A stretch of DNA of 32,000 nucleotides, from NCBI RefSeq assembly GCF_040649675.1, contig NZ_JBEZFX010000001.1, positions 1,111,095 to 1,143,094 on the forward strand. Direction: 5' to 3'. The stretch comes from Micromonospora parva. Lineage in GTDB: Bacteria; Actinomycetota; Actinomycetes; Mycobacteriales; Micromonosporaceae. Each line of letters opens with the position of its first letter. Position 1 is the stretch's first letter. A program made the translations under genes and the position numbers. Shown here piece after piece: positions 31,615 to 32,000 of this stretch. Below the pieces are notes generated by a model. That model searched no databases. It was not told the DNA's origin and was given only the letters and a program-made list of their open reading frames with translations.

Positions 31615-32000
31615 ATGTCGGCCAACCCGTTCCTTGACCCCGCCCTGGTCAAGGGCGACCTCTACCGGGGCGACGGCCGGCTCGCCGACCGCACCCACGC
31701 GCTGCATCGCGCCAAGATCAGCGGAAGCGACGTCGCCGACACGATCGCCAACATGCTCGCCGCCCGGGTTCCACGCGGGGCGGCCGTGCTCGACATCGGT
31801 TGCGGGCGCGGCACCACAACCCTGCGCCTGGCCGACCGGCTCCGGCCCCGCCGGCTCTTTGCCGTCGACGCCTCGGTCGCGCTTCTCCGCACTACCCGCG
31901 ACCGCCTCGGCGCCGCTGGCGCGTTGGGCTCAGTGGTGTGCGCTGACTTCCACCACCTGCCACTGCCGGGCAGCGTGGCCGACGCTGCGGTTGCCGCCTT
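31615..32000 (+). CDS. Class I SAM-dependent methyltransferase (5' part; continues beyond the right edge)
   Basis: GGGAGG lies upstream of ATG 31615. My own translation reads MSANPFLDPALVKGDLYRGDGRLADRTH...AAVLDIGCGRGTTTLRLADRL...FAVDAS...CADFHHLPLP (motifs I, II and III). It is not in the ORF track because there is no stop in the window. Confidence 0.8.
   Translation, partial: MSANPFLDPALVKGDLYRGDGRLADRTHALHRAKISGSDVADTIANMLAARVPRGAAVLDIGCGRGTTTLRLADRLRPRRLFAVDASVALLRTTRDRLGAAGALGSVVCADFHHLPLPGSVADAAVAA

Noticed and set aside
26319-31707. Antisense or alternative-frame ORFs in the modification operon: 26319..27128 -, 27204..27824 -, 28502..29377 -, 30129..30905 +, 30289..30939 -, 30927..31637 +, 31198..31707 -.
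   Set aside because: Each overlaps a gene with clear family motifs in another frame, and each has an Arg/Pro/Gly-rich shadow-frame composition.

Overview
High-GC, actinomycete-type accessory region. All homology calls come from reading motifs by eye, with no database search. The window holds five modules.

(1) 1-10266 is the int-proximal end of a T4SS-type integrative conjugative element (ICE). Its minus-strand transfer genes are a VirB4-like ATPase, a PrgI/VirB3-like protein, a VirB6/TrbL-like protein with a 286-aa Pro-rich repeat tail, and a VirB2-like pilin. It also carries a sigma-region-4/HTH-like gene plus a ~450-bp field of TGTTCAA iterons, both bracketed by 36-bp inverted repeats. Then come a degenerate/active DNA-methyltransferase paralogue pair, xis-int, and a 45-nt tRNA-Lys(CUU) 3' fragment (att).

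(2) 10946-16294 is a visibly lower-GC foreign operon. The 60-nt line at 14041 has 28 G+C, against 50 in the line at 2521. The operon is hsdM-hsdS-ABC-type ATPase-HNH nuclease (Septu PtuA/PtuB-like). The four genes are chained by 4-nt start/stop overlaps, and no hsdR is present anywhere in the window.

(3) 16300-22618 holds an IS256-type transposase fragment, then a second minus-strand xis-int module. This module also carries a DUF2637-like membrane protein, two replication-relaxation-family paralogues and a HAD-like gene.

(4) 23097-25712 holds a NUDIX hydrolase, a HAD hydrolase and an XRE-TPR regulator.

(5) 26337 to beyond 32000 is a tightly packed operon. It encodes an SDR sugar epimerase, a thymidylate-synthase-fold enzyme with Asp at the pyrimidine-specificity position, a NodU/CmcH carbamoyltransferase, a GT-B glycosyltransferase-like protein (possibly T4 BGT-like), a P-loop NMP-kinase-like protein and a SAM methyltransferase.

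The two strongest candidates for something undescribed are the R-less type I M/S + PtuAB-like coupled operon and the hydroxymethyl-pyrimidine/glycosyl/carbamoyl operon. Many long ORFs in the track are GC-driven shadow frames and were ignored.
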